Shown here: piece by piece, positions 53,501 to 63,212 of the stretch
Layout of the letters: every line of letters starts with the position of its first letter
Numbering within the stretch: the stretch's first letter is position 1
Virus record (IMG/VR): IMGVR_UViG_3300037457_000038
Span: 58,144-122,143 of that record
Reading direction: 5' to 3' (one strand)
Origin: a virus
DNA length: 64,000 nt
The notes under the pieces: generated by a model
The model's input: the letters and a program-made list of their open reading frames with translations, nothing else
What the model was told of the DNA's origin: nothing
The model's database searches: none
Translations under genes and position numbers: made by a program

Positions 53501-53743
53501 TCACCCGTCGGGCATCAGGCTGCCCGACGGGACACCAAGCGCGCGGGCGATGGCGAGAATCCGGTCGAGCGGGGGGCTGGTGATGCCAAGCTCGATGCGG
53601 ACGATGGTGCGCCGCTCGACCCCCACCCGCTCGGCCAGTGCCTCTTGGGTGAGGTTGGCCTGTATGCGGGCGTCTCGTATGCGGGCGCCGACCTGCCGAC
53701 GCTGAGCGAGGAGCCAGTCGGGGAGTGGATCACGGGGCGGCAC
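53501..53743 (-). CDS. Small XRE-family HTH regulator
   Basis: GARIRDARIQANLTQEALAERVGVERRTIVRIELG. Confidence 0.85.
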   Translation of the reverse strand: MPPRDPLPDWLLAQRRQVGARIRDARIQANLTQEALAERVGVERRTIVRIELGITSPPLDRILAIARALGVPSGSLMPDG

Positions 53744-53924
53744 CCGACGACCGTGGTGTGATCACTGCCGAATGTCTGTGCCACAGCATGTGACAGTTTT
53801 GGATCAAGCCGGGCGGGTAACTGCTCCACTACCCCCCCAGTTGAAACACCCGTCCTGGGCCGGGGTGCGGTCCTCAATCCCAGGACGGGCCCAGCCCGGC
53901 CACCAGCCACTGGCGGCCGGGCTT

Positions 53925-55349
53925 TCAGCCCTTCCAGTCAATCTGTATCGCGTCGGTGTCGAAATACCGGTCCGCACCGGGGATACGGCCCCTGCGCGCG
54001 GGAAGCACCGTGACCGTCATCAGATACGCCAGAGCCGCCCGCTTACGCGACAGGTCGAACCGCGCCCAGGCCTCCTCTGGATTAGAGGACCCCACGAGCT
54101 CTCCCACGGGGTTGGCCTCCACCGCGCGGGACATGGCGTCCTGGCCACGTTTCAGCCGTGCGCGTGCGCTCTGGGACGCGATCCGCCACTCCTGCATGTC
54201 CATCTCCCCCGCACCGCGCGCCGCCGCCAGCTCATCGAGTGTCTGCCGGGCCTCCCGCATGTCCCTCTGCGCGCCCCGGACATCCACGGGGTCTTTGCGC
54301 TGGGCGAGGAGATCGGCGGCGTCTTCGGCTGAGACGCGGTCGAGGATCATGATCTGGATGTAGTCGTCGAGGAGATCGCAGCGCCGGGTGAGGTGCTTGC
54401 TGGCGCGGCAGCTGTAGGAGGGGACCAGCAGCCCGCCCCGGGTTTTGTTGCCGGTGGAGCAGCGCATCGTGGTGCCGTCCGCGCACACCCCGCACAGGTA
54501 CAGGTTGGAGCCCAGGTATTTGCGTTCGTTGCCGGGGGCGACGCGCCGGCCGGGGTCGTCGAGGAGGGCGCAGACGCTGCGCCACAGTGGCTCGTCGAGG
54601 ACCGCGGGCCAACTGGCGGTCCCGGCTTCCTCCCCTCGGTGTTTCAAAATGCCGGCGTTGCGGGGGCGGCGGAGCATGCCGCCGACCTCTGGACCTTCCC
54701 AGTCGCTGCCGGTGCTGGTGCGGATGCCGCGCTCATTCCAGTCGGCGGCGATGGAGCGCAGGGAGGTTCCGGCGAGGACGGTATCGGCGGCTTCACGGAT
54801 GAGGGTGGCTTCGGTTTCGCGGATGGTGACGCCGTCGCTCTCGTATCCGAAGGGGCGTCTGCCGCCGAAGTACTGGCCGGACTGGGCCATCTCGTCGCGT
54901 TTACGCCGCTGTCGTTCGACCATGCGTTCGACTTCGTAGCGGGCTTGCACGCCGAGCTGGCGGGCGATCATTCGTCCGGTAGCGGTGGACAGGTCGAGGT
55001 GCCCGGCTTTGACCGTGCGGGTTTCGATCCGGCGGGGCTCACACACGTCGATGTATTCCTCCAGCTCTGCCGGAGAGCGGTGGAGACGGTCGGTGTGCCA
55101 GGCGAGGACCACGTCGATACGGCCGTTGCGGATGTCGTTGAGGAGCCGTTTGTAGCGGGGTCGGGGCTTCCCGCTGTAGGCGGACAGGTCATTGTCGGGG
55201 TAGATGCCGATGACGTCGAATCCGAACTGGGCGGCGAGGGCTTGGCAGTCCTCGGTTTGTCTGGTGACGCCGAGTCCGGCGCCTTCACGGTCACGGCTGA
55301 TTCTGCAGTAGATGGCGGCGCGGGTGCCGGTTGGTGGCTGGTTGGGCAT
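53925..55349 (-). CDS. int: Large serine recombinase (integrase)
   Basis: YCRIS catalytic Ser, DNDLSA, DRLHR, PFGY recombinase domain, CGVC zinc ribbon. Confidence 0.92.
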   Translation of the reverse strand: MPNQPPTGTRAAIYCRISRDREGAGLGVTRQTEDCQALAAQFGFDVIGIYPDNDLSAYSGKPRPRYKRLLNDIRNGRIDVVLAWHTDRLHRSPAELEEYIDVCEPRRIETRTVKAGHLDLSTATGRMIARQLGVQARYEVERMVERQRRKRDEMAQSGQYFGGRRPFGYESDGVTIRETEATLIREAADTVLAGTSLRSIAADWNERGIRTSTGSDWEGPEVGGMLRRPRNAGILKHRGEEAGTASWPAVLDEPLWRSVCALLDDPGRRVAPGNERKYLGSNLYLCGVCADGTTMRCSTGNKTRGGLLVPSYSCRASKHLTRRCDLLDDYIQIMILDRVSAEDAADLLAQRKDPVDVRGAQRDMREARQTLDELAAARGAGEMDMQEWRIASQSARARLKRGQDAMSRAVEANPVGELVGSSNPEEAWARFDLSRKRAALAYLMTVTVLPARRGRIPGADRYFDTDAIQIDWKG

Positions 55350-55419
55350 GGTTGAGCATGGCACATCAGGTGGGTGGTTGGTGTTGTTTCGCTAGTGCGG
55401 AAGGGTGGGGAGAGCTGTT

Positions 55420-55704
55420 TTAAGAGTGCTGGTCAGCGGCTCGGGGTGCGGATGCCGTCGGTGGCGAGGTGGGTGCTGCTGTGGGTGCGGGGGTGGTGCT
55501 GGCGCCTCCGTGGTGGAGGCTGAGGTGTTTTTTGCGGCGGACGGGTTCAGGGAGCTCGGTGTCGATGAGGTGCTGGATTCGTTCGCGTTCACGGGTGAGG
55601 CGCAGTGCCGTGTGCTTCCGGGTGAGTGTGGTGTTCTGGCGGTGTTGCGCTATGACGGTGATGGCGAGGGTGGCGCTGATGGCTATCGGGGCGATTGGGT
55701 GCAT
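55420..55704 (-). CDS. Hypothetical protein with N-terminal TM segment
   Basis: GGAG RBS; between repressor and integrase. Confidence 0.45.
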   Translation of the reverse strand: MHPIAPIAISATLAITVIAQHRQNTTLTRKHTALRLTRERERIQHLIDTELPEPVRRKKHLSLHHGGASTTPAPTAAPTSPPTASAPRAADQHS

Positions 55705-55833
55705 GCGCTTCTCCGTCGACAGTGGGTGGTGCCGCTGTCGGGGTGCGGTGTCCGTGCACCGTGCGCCTGCTACGGAAGGCATGCAAGGGGTTACTGTGGG
55801 GTAGTGCTTGTTCGTATGTCCCGAACAGCTTTC

Positions 55834-56277
55834 CTAGCCCGTCTCACGCCGCTGCTCCTCACGCTCCAGTCGCTCTTGCAAGCGCCGCAGATCCGCATCG
55901 ATCAGATCCCGGACGCCCTGGACCCGCTCGGCCAGGGGGACATCCGCAGCCAGGATTGCGCGGGCGCGCGGGTCGCTGAGAATCCACCCCTGCTCACTGG
56001 CCTCCACGGCCTGGATGGCGGCTCGCTCTTCAGGCAGAGGCGTGGGGTCTCCGCCTTCGAGGACTGCCTGGAGCGAGCCGGCATCCCAGCGGAGGGCGGC
56101 GTCGATTCGGCGTTTGGTAAGGCGTCGGGGGTTCGTCTTGCCCTGCCGGAAGTCGAGCAGGGACTGGTAGGACATTTTCGCCGTAGCTGCTACGTCTTTC
56201 CACATCATGTCGAGCTGCTGGCGACGCTCGTCCATGAGCTTGTCAGCGCGTTGAAAGTCGGGCTCGTGGGAGGTCAT
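55834..56277 (-). CDS. Immunity repressor-like HTH protein
   Basis: WKDVAATAKMSYQSLLDFRQG...IDAALRWDAGS. Confidence 0.75.
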   Translation of the reverse strand: MTSHEPDFQRADKLMDERRQQLDMMWKDVAATAKMSYQSLLDFRQGKTNPRRLTKRRIDAALRWDAGSLQAVLEGGDPTPLPEERAAIQAVEASEQGWILSDPRARAILAADVPLAERVQGVRDLIDADLRRLQERLEREEQRRETG

Positions 56278-56381
56278 GTCGGCAGGCTACCCGAATTGGC
56301 CCACATTTGATCTAACTGTGGCCTACTTTACTCACTCGGCGCTAACTTTTGGCCAAACCTTCACAGCCACCAAACCCCACA

Positions 56382-57704
56382 TCACACCAAGATCCACCCG
56401 CCATCTGCGCCCCGGAGCAACCCAGCAATCACCTCCCCGGTCACCGGATCGACAGCCTCACCACCTGCATTGACATATCGCACATCCACCCGCCGCGGAT
56501 CCGGCTCCGGACTGCCAGTCCGACGCCGCTCGGCGAGGCGGGCGCGCTCACGCTCCCAGTGCTCCCGCTGTGCTTCATGACGCTTCCGACGACGCTCACC
56601 CATCCCGTGCGTGCCCAGCCGGAAGGCCGCGTCCTCCCAGCTTTCCACCGGGCCAGGGCAGTCCGCGCTCGCCTCGCCGACACCTTCGAGGGCATGCTCG
56701 GACAGGTGGTACAGCTCCCCGACGTGGACGACCAGGCCGAGGCCCGCAAGCTTCTTCAACTGCCGGTACACGGTCGGACGGGAGACCGACGCAGCGCCCT
56801 GGATCTGCTGCACCGTCTGCCCGTCGTTCTCCGCGAGCGCAGCAGTGATGGCCAGTCCGCTACCGCCCAGCCCGAAGTGAGCGAAAGCGTCCTGTGCCAT
56901 GAGTCTTGCCGCGGCCCGGGAGTCGATGTCGGCGTCCGTACTGTCCTGTCTCACCGATGACCCACCCGCTAGGGGCCGCAGGCTGGGGGGGCCATGGGTG
57001 GCCAAACCGTGAGACTGACCCTCCCCGGAAGGGCTGATCAGCATCCACCTCGCAGCGTCGGTCGCCGTCCCCTGGTCGAGCTGCCTCAGCAACTTCGCTT
57101 CCTTCAACCGCCGGTTGGAGGTGCGTGCGGTCTGCTGACTGCATCCCATCCGCTCGGCGAGATCCCGCTCGGAGACGGTGTGGTCCCAGCTACCGGCCTG
57201 CTCGCAGATCGCCAGGCGGGCGATGAGGTTGCGCAGGTCGGTCTTCCCGGCGATGCCCTTCCAGGGGGTGCGTTCGATGCGGGCGCGGAGGTGGGCAAGG
57301 GATGCGTGGAAGTCGAGCCGGGTGGCGATGCGGTCGGTGGAGTTGACGTGCTGCTGGGCGCCGTCCCATGCGCGTGCGAGCCACGCGTGGGCGCGGTCGT
57401 AGCCGTGGCGGTGCTGGATTTGGCGGGCGTGGGCTCCGGCTTTGTGGGGGCCGTTGAGGAGGGTGTGGGTGAAGGCGGAGCGGGTCCATCCGTTACGGGC
57501 GGCGTCGGCGGCGATGGCGCGGGTGATGGCCCAGGCGTGGTTGGAGTCCGCACTGTTGGTACCGCCGCGTTGGCGGTTCCAGGTGGCGTATGCGCTGTGG
57601 GTGTCGCCGTCGGTGAGGAGTTTGTGCATGCGGGGCGACAGAGGTGGGGTGCTCTGGCCTGCGTAGTTGCGGGCTTTTGTGTAGTTCTGGCTATGCTGTG
57701 GCAC
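56382..57704 (-). CDS. Putative plasmid-type replication initiator (two winged HTH domains)
   Basis: SERDLAERMGCSQQTA and SVSRPTVYRQLKKL HTHs; 440 aa; structured leader; function inferred. Confidence 0.55.
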   Translation of the reverse strand: MPQHSQNYTKARNYAGQSTPPLSPRMHKLLTDGDTHSAYATWNRQRGGTNSADSNHAWAITRAIAADAARNGWTRSAFTHTLLNGPHKAGAHARQIQHRHGYDRAHAWLARAWDGAQQHVNSTDRIATRLDFHASLAHLRARIERTPWKGIAGKTDLRNLIARLAICEQAGSWDHTVSERDLAERMGCSQQTARTSNRRLKEAKLLRQLDQGTATDAARWMLISPSGEGQSHGLATHGPPSLRPLAGGSSVRQDSTDADIDSRAAARLMAQDAFAHFGLGGSGLAITAALAENDGQTVQQIQGAASVSRPTVYRQLKKLAGLGLVVHVGELYHLSEHALEGVGEASADCPGPVESWEDAAFRLGTHGMGERRRKRHEAQREHWERERARLAERRRTGSPEPDPRRVDVRYVNAGGEAVDPVTGEVIAGLLRGADGGWILV

Positions 57705-57806
57705 AGCGAATCTCGTCTCTGTTGCGTTCGCTCACGCCGTCGGGTGACTTGCGATCACCGCGTTCGGCCTTAGACCCCCCGGGAGGTGACCGGGGGGTCT
57801 TTTCTT
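57704..57806 (+). ncRNA. Candidate antisense (counter-transcript) RNA over the rep leader
   Basis: TATGCT -10 at 57692, three stem-loops, + strand hairpin with T tail. Confidence 0.45.
57772..57806 (+). terminator. Intrinsic terminator
   Basis: AGACCCCCCGG-gaggtga-CCGGGGGGTCT-TTTCTT. Confidence 0.75.
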
Positions 57807-57908
57807 GTGCCAGCCTACAGCTAAGGTCATGTCTTACCAGGTGTGGCTAGAGTTGTTACCCGTGAGTACCGGTTGTAACTTGACCTAACTTGAGTCTATG
57901 TTTGGCCC

Positions 57909-58163
57909 ATGGCAGATATCCGACTTGATCGGGACAAGCTGAAACGCCGCCGCGAGACCAGAGGCTTCAACGTGCCCGCCCTGGCACGCGCTGTAGGCGT
58001 CAGCTCCGAGCACATCTACCGAATCGAATGGGGCACGCGCCGCCCGTCGCCCCGCCTCTACGCCAGGCTCCGCGAAGTCCTCGACGTCAACGAAGAAGAA
58101 CTACTCACCGATGCCCCGGTCGGGTCGGAGGAGTCCGCCGAGTCCCCGGCAGGTGCGGTGTGA
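57909..58163 (+). CDS. Cro-like HTH regulator
   Basis: LARAVGVSSEHIYRIEWGTRRPS; divergent from the repressor operon. Confidence 0.85.
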   Translation: MADIRLDRDKLKRRRETRGFNVPALARAVGVSSEHIYRIEWGTRRPSPRLYARLREVLDVNEEELLTDAPVGSEESAESPAGAV

Positions 58164-58342
58164 GCCCCCGGCCCGAGTCGTGGTCGCGTGCCGCCGCCGA
58201 GAAGCGTCTCGGCCCTACCGCCGTCGCAGCAGCCCGCCGCCACGTAGCCGCCGCACCCCCGCTGAGCCCCGAACAACGCGCCCAACTCCGCGCCCTGTTC
58301 CAGTCCGCCCCACCCCGCCATGCGGCCACTGACGCCGCCTGA
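58160..58342 (+). CDS. Hypothetical protein
   Basis: APPLSPEQRAQLRALF; coupled to cro. Confidence 0.65.
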   Translation: MSPRPESWSRAAAEKRLGPTAVAAARRHVAAAPPLSPEQRAQLRALFQSAPPRHAATDAA

Positions 58343-58427
58343 CCCACAGATGTGGGCCCGCCCCTAACTCCGCAGTCCGGGACGGACCCCTCAGTTCACC
58401 TCACCACTGATGAAAGCGAGGCTCACT

Positions 58428-58823
58428 GTGAGCATCCAGAATACCGACTCGATGTCCATGGCGGTCGCCGCCCTGGACGCGATGGACAACCACACCACCC
58501 GCGTCCGCGAGGTGGCGGAGCGGCTGCTCAGCGTCCACGCCGACGGCCTGCCGAAACTGCTCACCGTCCGTACCGACGCGGGGGCCTCTGGTCCCCGTCT
58601 GGAGCTCCAGCCGCGTACGAACGAGGCCGCTACGCAGTGGGCGCAGGCGCTCGGGGTGACGCTGACGGAGTCGTTCGCGGGTGACCGTGACGGCTGGCGG
58701 CGGTGGCACACGAGCGGCTCTGTCGATGTCGACGGGGTGCGGGTGCATGTGGGCGCCTGCGAGTGGGTGCTTTCGGCGGTGGAGGCCGGGGCGGCTGCGG
58801 ACTCCATGGCGGTGGCCCGGTGA
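58428..58823 (+). CDS. Hypothetical protein
   Basis: GAGG RBS; early operon. Confidence 0.65.
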   Translation: MSIQNTDSMSMAVAALDAMDNHTTRVREVAERLLSVHADGLPKLLTVRTDAGASGPRLELQPRTNEAATQWAQALGVTLTESFAGDRDGWRRWHTSGSVDVDGVRVHVGACEWVLSAVEAGAAADSMAVAR

Positions 58824-59674
58824 GCGCGGCGGGCCGTCTTCAGACGCGTGAGGGCACGGCGTGGACACTGCGCGGCCTGAGCTTTGCTGGTGAGGGCTTG
58901 TACGCGCCGGAGGCTGTGCGTTGCTGCCCGCAGCAGTTGTTGGTGACGGCGGGCGAGTTGGCGGAGCACGGTGTGCGGACGCTGGTGGGCCAGGAGGACG
59001 TGGCCGAGCTGGACGTCGCCGTCCAGGTGGCCGTGCTGAAAGGGCTGCTGGCCCCGGCAGAGGCTGCCGCTCCGCTGTCGGCCGTGCCGGAGTCGAGGTG
59101 TGTCGAGGACGAGCTGACCGGCGCGCGGCTGTCGCTGTGGGAGGAGGAGCAGGAGAACGCGCGGCTGCGGGCTCGGGTTGCCGAGTTGGAGGACGTGGAG
59201 CGTCGTCTCCTCGACCTGCTACCCACCGAGCCCCTGCCCGCAGTGATGCTCGCCGAGGACATCCCGGCCGCCCGCTCGGAGTGGGCGGTGTGGCAGCAGG
59301 TCGCCGAAGCGCTGGACGTGCAGCTGCCGTACGTGCGGCCGGTGGATGAGGACCCGATCCCGTACCAGCAGACCGAGGCGGCGGACGCTGCCGGGCCGGA
59401 GGTGACGGTGTACCGGGCGTCGCACGACTCGATCGTCATGGGCCTGTACACCGCACGCGAGGCCGCGATGGACCACGTGCACGCCGTCCTCGCGAACGAA
59501 GAGGGCTGTGACGTGACTGCCCGGGTGATCTGGCGTGCGGACGACCCGGAGGCTGACGAGCCCGTGTGGGAGTGCTGGCTCTTCGACTCCGACATGGCCG
59601 ACGACGAGCCGACCGGCTATGTGGTGACGCCGCTGGAGGTCGCCTCCGCCTACGACGAGGAGGCGGACGAATGA
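58820..59674 (+). CDS. Hypothetical mosaic protein
   Basis: GTGA coupling; coiled coil. Confidence 0.7.
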   Translation: MSAAGRLQTREGTAWTLRGLSFAGEGLYAPEAVRCCPQQLLVTAGELAEHGVRTLVGQEDVAELDVAVQVAVLKGLLAPAEAAAPLSAVPESRCVEDELTGARLSLWEEEQENARLRARVAELEDVERRLLDLLPTEPLPAVMLAEDIPAARSEWAVWQQVAEALDVQLPYVRPVDEDPIPYQQTEAADAAGPEVTVYRASHDSIVMGLYTAREAAMDHVHAVLANEEGCDVTARVIWRADDPEADEPVWECWLFDSDMADDEPTGYVVTPLEVASAYDEEADE

Positions 59675-59898
59675 TCCGGCTGTTGGTCGTGTGCGTGTGG
59701 CTGTTCGTGGCCGCGTTCGCGTGGCTGGGGGTTGGTGCTGCTGTCGAGTGGTGGCAGCAGCCGATGCCTGCGGTGGAGCCTGCCAGCCCCGCCCCGTCCG
59801 CCCGTGAGCGTGCGGTGCCGGGTGGGGAGTTGGCGCCGTGCAGTCATGAGCTGCCGGATGTGCCGCGCTGCGCCCTGGACGGGGGCGAGGGCCGGTGA
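59671..59898 (+). CDS. Small membrane protein
   Basis: N-terminal TM; ATGA coupling. Confidence 0.6.
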   Translation: MIRLLVVCVWLFVAAFAWLGVGAAVEWWQQPMPAVEPASPAPSARERAVPGGELAPCSHELPDVPRCALDGGEGR

Positions 59899-60077
59899 CT
59901 GAGCTGCTGATCCTCGCCTCCTCGATCGCCACCTACGGCGGGCTCGCCACCGTGGCGAAGTACGCCATCGACCACGACGGGCACGTCCGCGAGGACCTGC
60001 GTCACGCCGCAGCGTTCCTCCTCGCACTCGCCGCCGCACTCGCCGCCGCACTCGCACACCTCAGGAGCCACCGATGA
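59895..60077 (+). CDS. Small membrane protein
   Basis: 2 hydrophobic segments; coupled. Confidence 0.6.
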   Translation: MTELLILASSIATYGGLATVAKYAIDHDGHVREDLRHAAAFLLALAAALAAALAHLRSHR

Positions 60078-60457
60078 ATGAGAGCTGCAAACCGCAACTG
60101 TCCGTCTCGCTCGACTCGACGTGGCTGCGTGCGGTGCTGCGGGTCGACGGCATCCGCTCCGACACCCTGTACCAGCTGGGTGCCACGTGGGCGGAGGACG
60201 ACGGCCGCGAGGACATCACCGAGGCGCTTGACCGGCTGGCCGAGCTGGCTGTTGGGAGCCCGACAGCGGCGGAGCTGGACGCCGGGATCGACGCGTTGGA
60301 CGACGCGGGCTGTTCGGAGCTCGCCGATCTGCGCATCGGCCTGGATGACGCGGAGCGGCTGCGGGACGAGTTGAACGCGGCGATCGCCAAGCTGTCCCGC
60401 TTCGGGACGGCCGCCGCGAAGGTTGTGCCGCACCAGCGTGAGCGGGGTGCAGCCTGA
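60074..60457 (+). CDS. Hypothetical protein
   Basis: AGGAG RBS; coupled. Confidence 0.7.
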   Translation: MNESCKPQLSVSLDSTWLRAVLRVDGIRSDTLYQLGATWAEDDGREDITEALDRLAELAVGSPTAAELDAGIDALDDAGCSELADLRIGLDDAERLRDELNAAIAKLSRFGTAAAKVVPHQRERGAA

Positions 60458-60723
60458 TGAGCGCCCGGTCTCGTCTGCACGCGATGGTGCGGCACGACAG
60501 CGACACAGACACCGCCGAGTACGAGGCACGACTCGACGCCTATCGGGCCGAGGTGCTGGCCGAGGCAGCCGACGCGATCGAGCAGGCACAGTCCCGCGAG
60601 GAGACCGAAGAGATCGACCGGTTCGGGCAACTCGATTACGAGACCGAGCTCATAGGCGAAGCCGTCCGCATCAAGGCCGCACTACTGCGCCGCATGGCCA
60701 CCGAGGCGGGTGGTTCCCGGTGA
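60457..60723 (+). CDS. Hypothetical protein
   Basis: LDAYRAEVLAEAAD motif; coupled. Confidence 0.7.
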   Translation: MSARSRLHAMVRHDSDTDTAEYEARLDAYRAEVLAEAADAIEQAQSREETEEIDRFGQLDYETELIGEAVRIKAALLRRMATEAGGSR

Positions 60724-60980
60724 GCCGCTGCGCTGTCCGGCCCATGGCGAATCACGCCCAGATCGCTGCCGCATGCCGTGCCAACCCGGGCCGGTGGCAG
60801 TACGTCAGCACCCACCGGTCCAGCCAAAACGCGGGGAACCAGGTCCGCGCTATCCAGATCGGGCGGGGCACCAAGCGGGCCTCCTCCTACGAGCCGCCCG
60901 GCGCGTACGAGGCCTGCATCCACACGTGCGGCGATGACTACGGGGTGTGGGCCCGCTACATCGGCCCCCCGCTGACCTGA
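60720..60980 (+). CDS. Hypothetical protein
   Basis: RANPGRW...VWARYIG. Confidence 0.6.
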   Translation: MSRCAVRPMANHAQIAAACRANPGRWQYVSTHRSSQNAGNQVRAIQIGRGTKRASSYEPPGAYEACIHTCGDDYGVWARYIGPPLT

Positions 60981-61051
60981 CCGAACCGCAGCGCTGCCCC
61001 GCCCGACCCAACCAGGCGGGGCAGCACCCCGACACCCAAGGAGAACACGCC

Positions 61052-61993
61052 TTGAGCACCACCACCGTGCAGACCGGGGCTTCGGCCCCGGCCGCCGGCC
61101 CGACCATCCTCGGACGGTTCGAGCCCGGCTCTGAGCCGTGGCACGCTGCCCGCGCGAACGGGATCGGAGGCTCGGAGATCGCCGCAGTCCTCGGCCTCAG
61201 CCCGTACGAGTCCCGCTTCTCCCTCTGGCACCGCAAGAAGGGACTCATCGGCCCCGTCGATGAGTCGGAGGAAATGTACTGGGGGAAGGTCCACGAGCGC
61301 GGCATCTGCCGCCGGTTCGCCAAGGAACACCCCGAGTGGTTCGTCCGCGGCGCCTACACCTACGCCGCCGCTGAGCGTCCCTGGCAGATCGCCAACCCTG
61401 ACCGCAACCTGTGGCCCACCGACAGCCACATCGATGACCGCGTCCCCGCCGCCGTACTGGAGGCCAAGACCTCCCGCGACGACACTGGATGGGGCAAGGA
61501 AGGCACCGACGATATCCCGGTCCACTACCGCGCCCAGGGCCTCTGGTACATGGACGTGACCGGCGCCCGCCGCTGCTACGTCGCCGTGCTGATCGCTGGC
61601 TCGGAGTACCGCGAGTACGTCATCGAGTACGACCCCGCCGACGCCCTGAAGATGCGGCAGGCCGCCGCCGAGTTCATGCGCACCCTCGCTGCCGATGAGC
61701 GCCCGGACATCGACGGGCACTCCGCGACCTACCAGGCGATCCGCGAGATCCCCGAGGGCCTCGACCCGGTCGACGTCGAGATCCCGACCCTGCTGCGCGA
61801 CCGCTTCCACGCCGCCCAAAACGCCTTCTGGGCTGCCGAGGACGAGCTCACCGCCTGCAAGGGCGAGTTGCTCGACGCGATCGGTACCGGCCAGCGCGCC
61901 GTCTGCGAACGCCAGCGCGTCGCCACCCGCACCGTCCGCGACGGCCACACCTACTCCCTGATGCCCGCACGCACTCGAAGGAACGCCCGATGA
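61052..61993 (+). CDS. YqaJ-like viral recombination exonuclease
   Basis: W...R..GIGGSEIAAVLGLSPY, ANPD, LEAKT, Y.AQ..WY. Confidence 0.9.
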   Translation: MSTTTVQTGASAPAAGPTILGRFEPGSEPWHAARANGIGGSEIAAVLGLSPYESRFSLWHRKKGLIGPVDESEEMYWGKVHERGICRRFAKEHPEWFVRGAYTYAAAERPWQIANPDRNLWPTDSHIDDRVPAAVLEAKTSRDDTGWGKEGTDDIPVHYRAQGLWYMDVTGARRCYVAVLIAGSEYREYVIEYDPADALKMRQAAAEFMRTLAADERPDIDGHSATYQAIREIPEGLDPVDVEIPTLLRDRFHAAQNAFWAAEDELTACKGELLDAIGTGQRAVCERQRVATRTVRDGHTYSLMPARTRRNAR

Positions 61994-62859
61994 CTGAGAA
62001 CACCGTTTCCAACGCCGTCGCCGTCCGCGACACCGGGCCCGGCGCCATGGTCGAGCAGTACAGCCAGGAATACGCGGCGCTCGTTCCCTCCCACGTCAAC
62101 GCCGACCAGTGGATCCGCCTCGCGGTCGGCGCCATCCGCGGCAACCCAGACCTGGAGACGGCCGCCAAAAACGACGTCGGCGTGTTCCTGCGGGAGCTGA
62201 AGACAGCAGCCCGTCTCGGTCTGGAGCCCGGCACAGAGCAGTTCTACCTCACTCCGCGCAAGTCGAAGGCCCACCGCGGCCAGAAGATCATCAAGGGGAT
62301 CGTCGGCTATCAGGGCATTGTCGAACTGATCTATCGCGCTGGGGCCGTGTCGTCCGTCGTCGTCGAAACGGTCCGCGCGAACGACACCTTCCGCTACGTC
62401 ATCGGCCGCGACGAGCGCCCCGTACATGACGTCGACTGGTTCGGCGGGGGCCGTGGCGATCTGGTCGGCGTGTACGCGTACGCGGTGATGAAGGACGGCG
62501 CCACTTCGAAGGTGGTCATCCTCAACCGCGATCAGGTGATGGATGCCAAGGCCAAGTCTGACGGCCGGAACTCCGACTACTCGCCGTGGAACACCAACGA
62601 GGAAGCGATGTGGCTGAAGACGGCCGCGCGGCGCCTCGCGAAGTGGGTACCGACGTCCGCCGAGTACATGCGCGAGCAGCTGCGGGCGCAGGCCGAGGTA
62701 GCCGCTGAACTTCCTGCGGGTGACGGGCCGGTGATGCCGCCGTCGTCTGCGGGGCTGCCCGACGACGAGGACGACGGCCCGATCGAGGCCGAGTTCGTCG
62801 ACGAGCCTGGTCCCGTCGAGTGGCCTGAGGCCGCGCAGCCGGGATCGGGGGCACGCTGA
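61990..62859 (+). CDS. recT: RecT-family single-strand annealing protein
   Basis: LGLEPG...YL.P...GYQG..ELIYR, PW...EAMWLKT. Confidence 0.9.
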   Translation: MTENTVSNAVAVRDTGPGAMVEQYSQEYAALVPSHVNADQWIRLAVGAIRGNPDLETAAKNDVGVFLRELKTAARLGLEPGTEQFYLTPRKSKAHRGQKIIKGIVGYQGIVELIYRAGAVSSVVVETVRANDTFRYVIGRDERPVHDVDWFGGGRGDLVGVYAYAVMKDGATSKVVILNRDQVMDAKAKSDGRNSDYSPWNTNEEAMWLKTAARRLAKWVPTSAEYMREQLRAQAEVAAELPAGDGPVMPPSSAGLPDDEDDGPIEAEFVDEPGPVEWPEAAQPGSGAR

Positions 62860-63212
62860 TGCGCGTCAGCCGCCGCACGCTCGTCGCGGAGAACCGCGAG
62901 CTGCGGGCCAGGATCGAGCGGCTGACCGAGCAGCGCCACGACGACCGCGATGACACGGAGACAGAACGCGGCGCCCGGAAGGAGGCAGAGCGGCTGGTGG
63001 CCGAGCTGCGCGGCAAGCTCCGCACACTCACCGCCCGACACGAGGCGCTTCAGCGGCGGTACGACGCGGCGGTCGGGATGGACGATCCGCAGGTCGCAGC
63101 GGGCCGTGACTGGCAGTCCCGCCGTGCGGACCGGCCCGGCCCCGGGAAGACCGCCCCGTCGACGCCGTCGGCGCCGCTGCCGGTACGCGAGCCGGGCGAG
63201 GTGGCGTCGTGA
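62859..63212 (+). CDS. Coiled-coil hypothetical protein
   Basis: TGATG coupling to recT. Confidence 0.65.
   Translation: MRVSRRTLVAENRELRARIERLTEQRHDDRDDTETERGARKEAERLVAELRGKLRTLTARHEALQRRYDAAVGMDDPQVAAGRDWQSRRADRPGPGKTAPSTPSAPLPVREPGEVAS

Noticed and set aside
55350-55440. attP immediately upstream of the integrase
   Set aside because: Plausible position, but no convincing inverted-repeat arms; cannot be called without junction data
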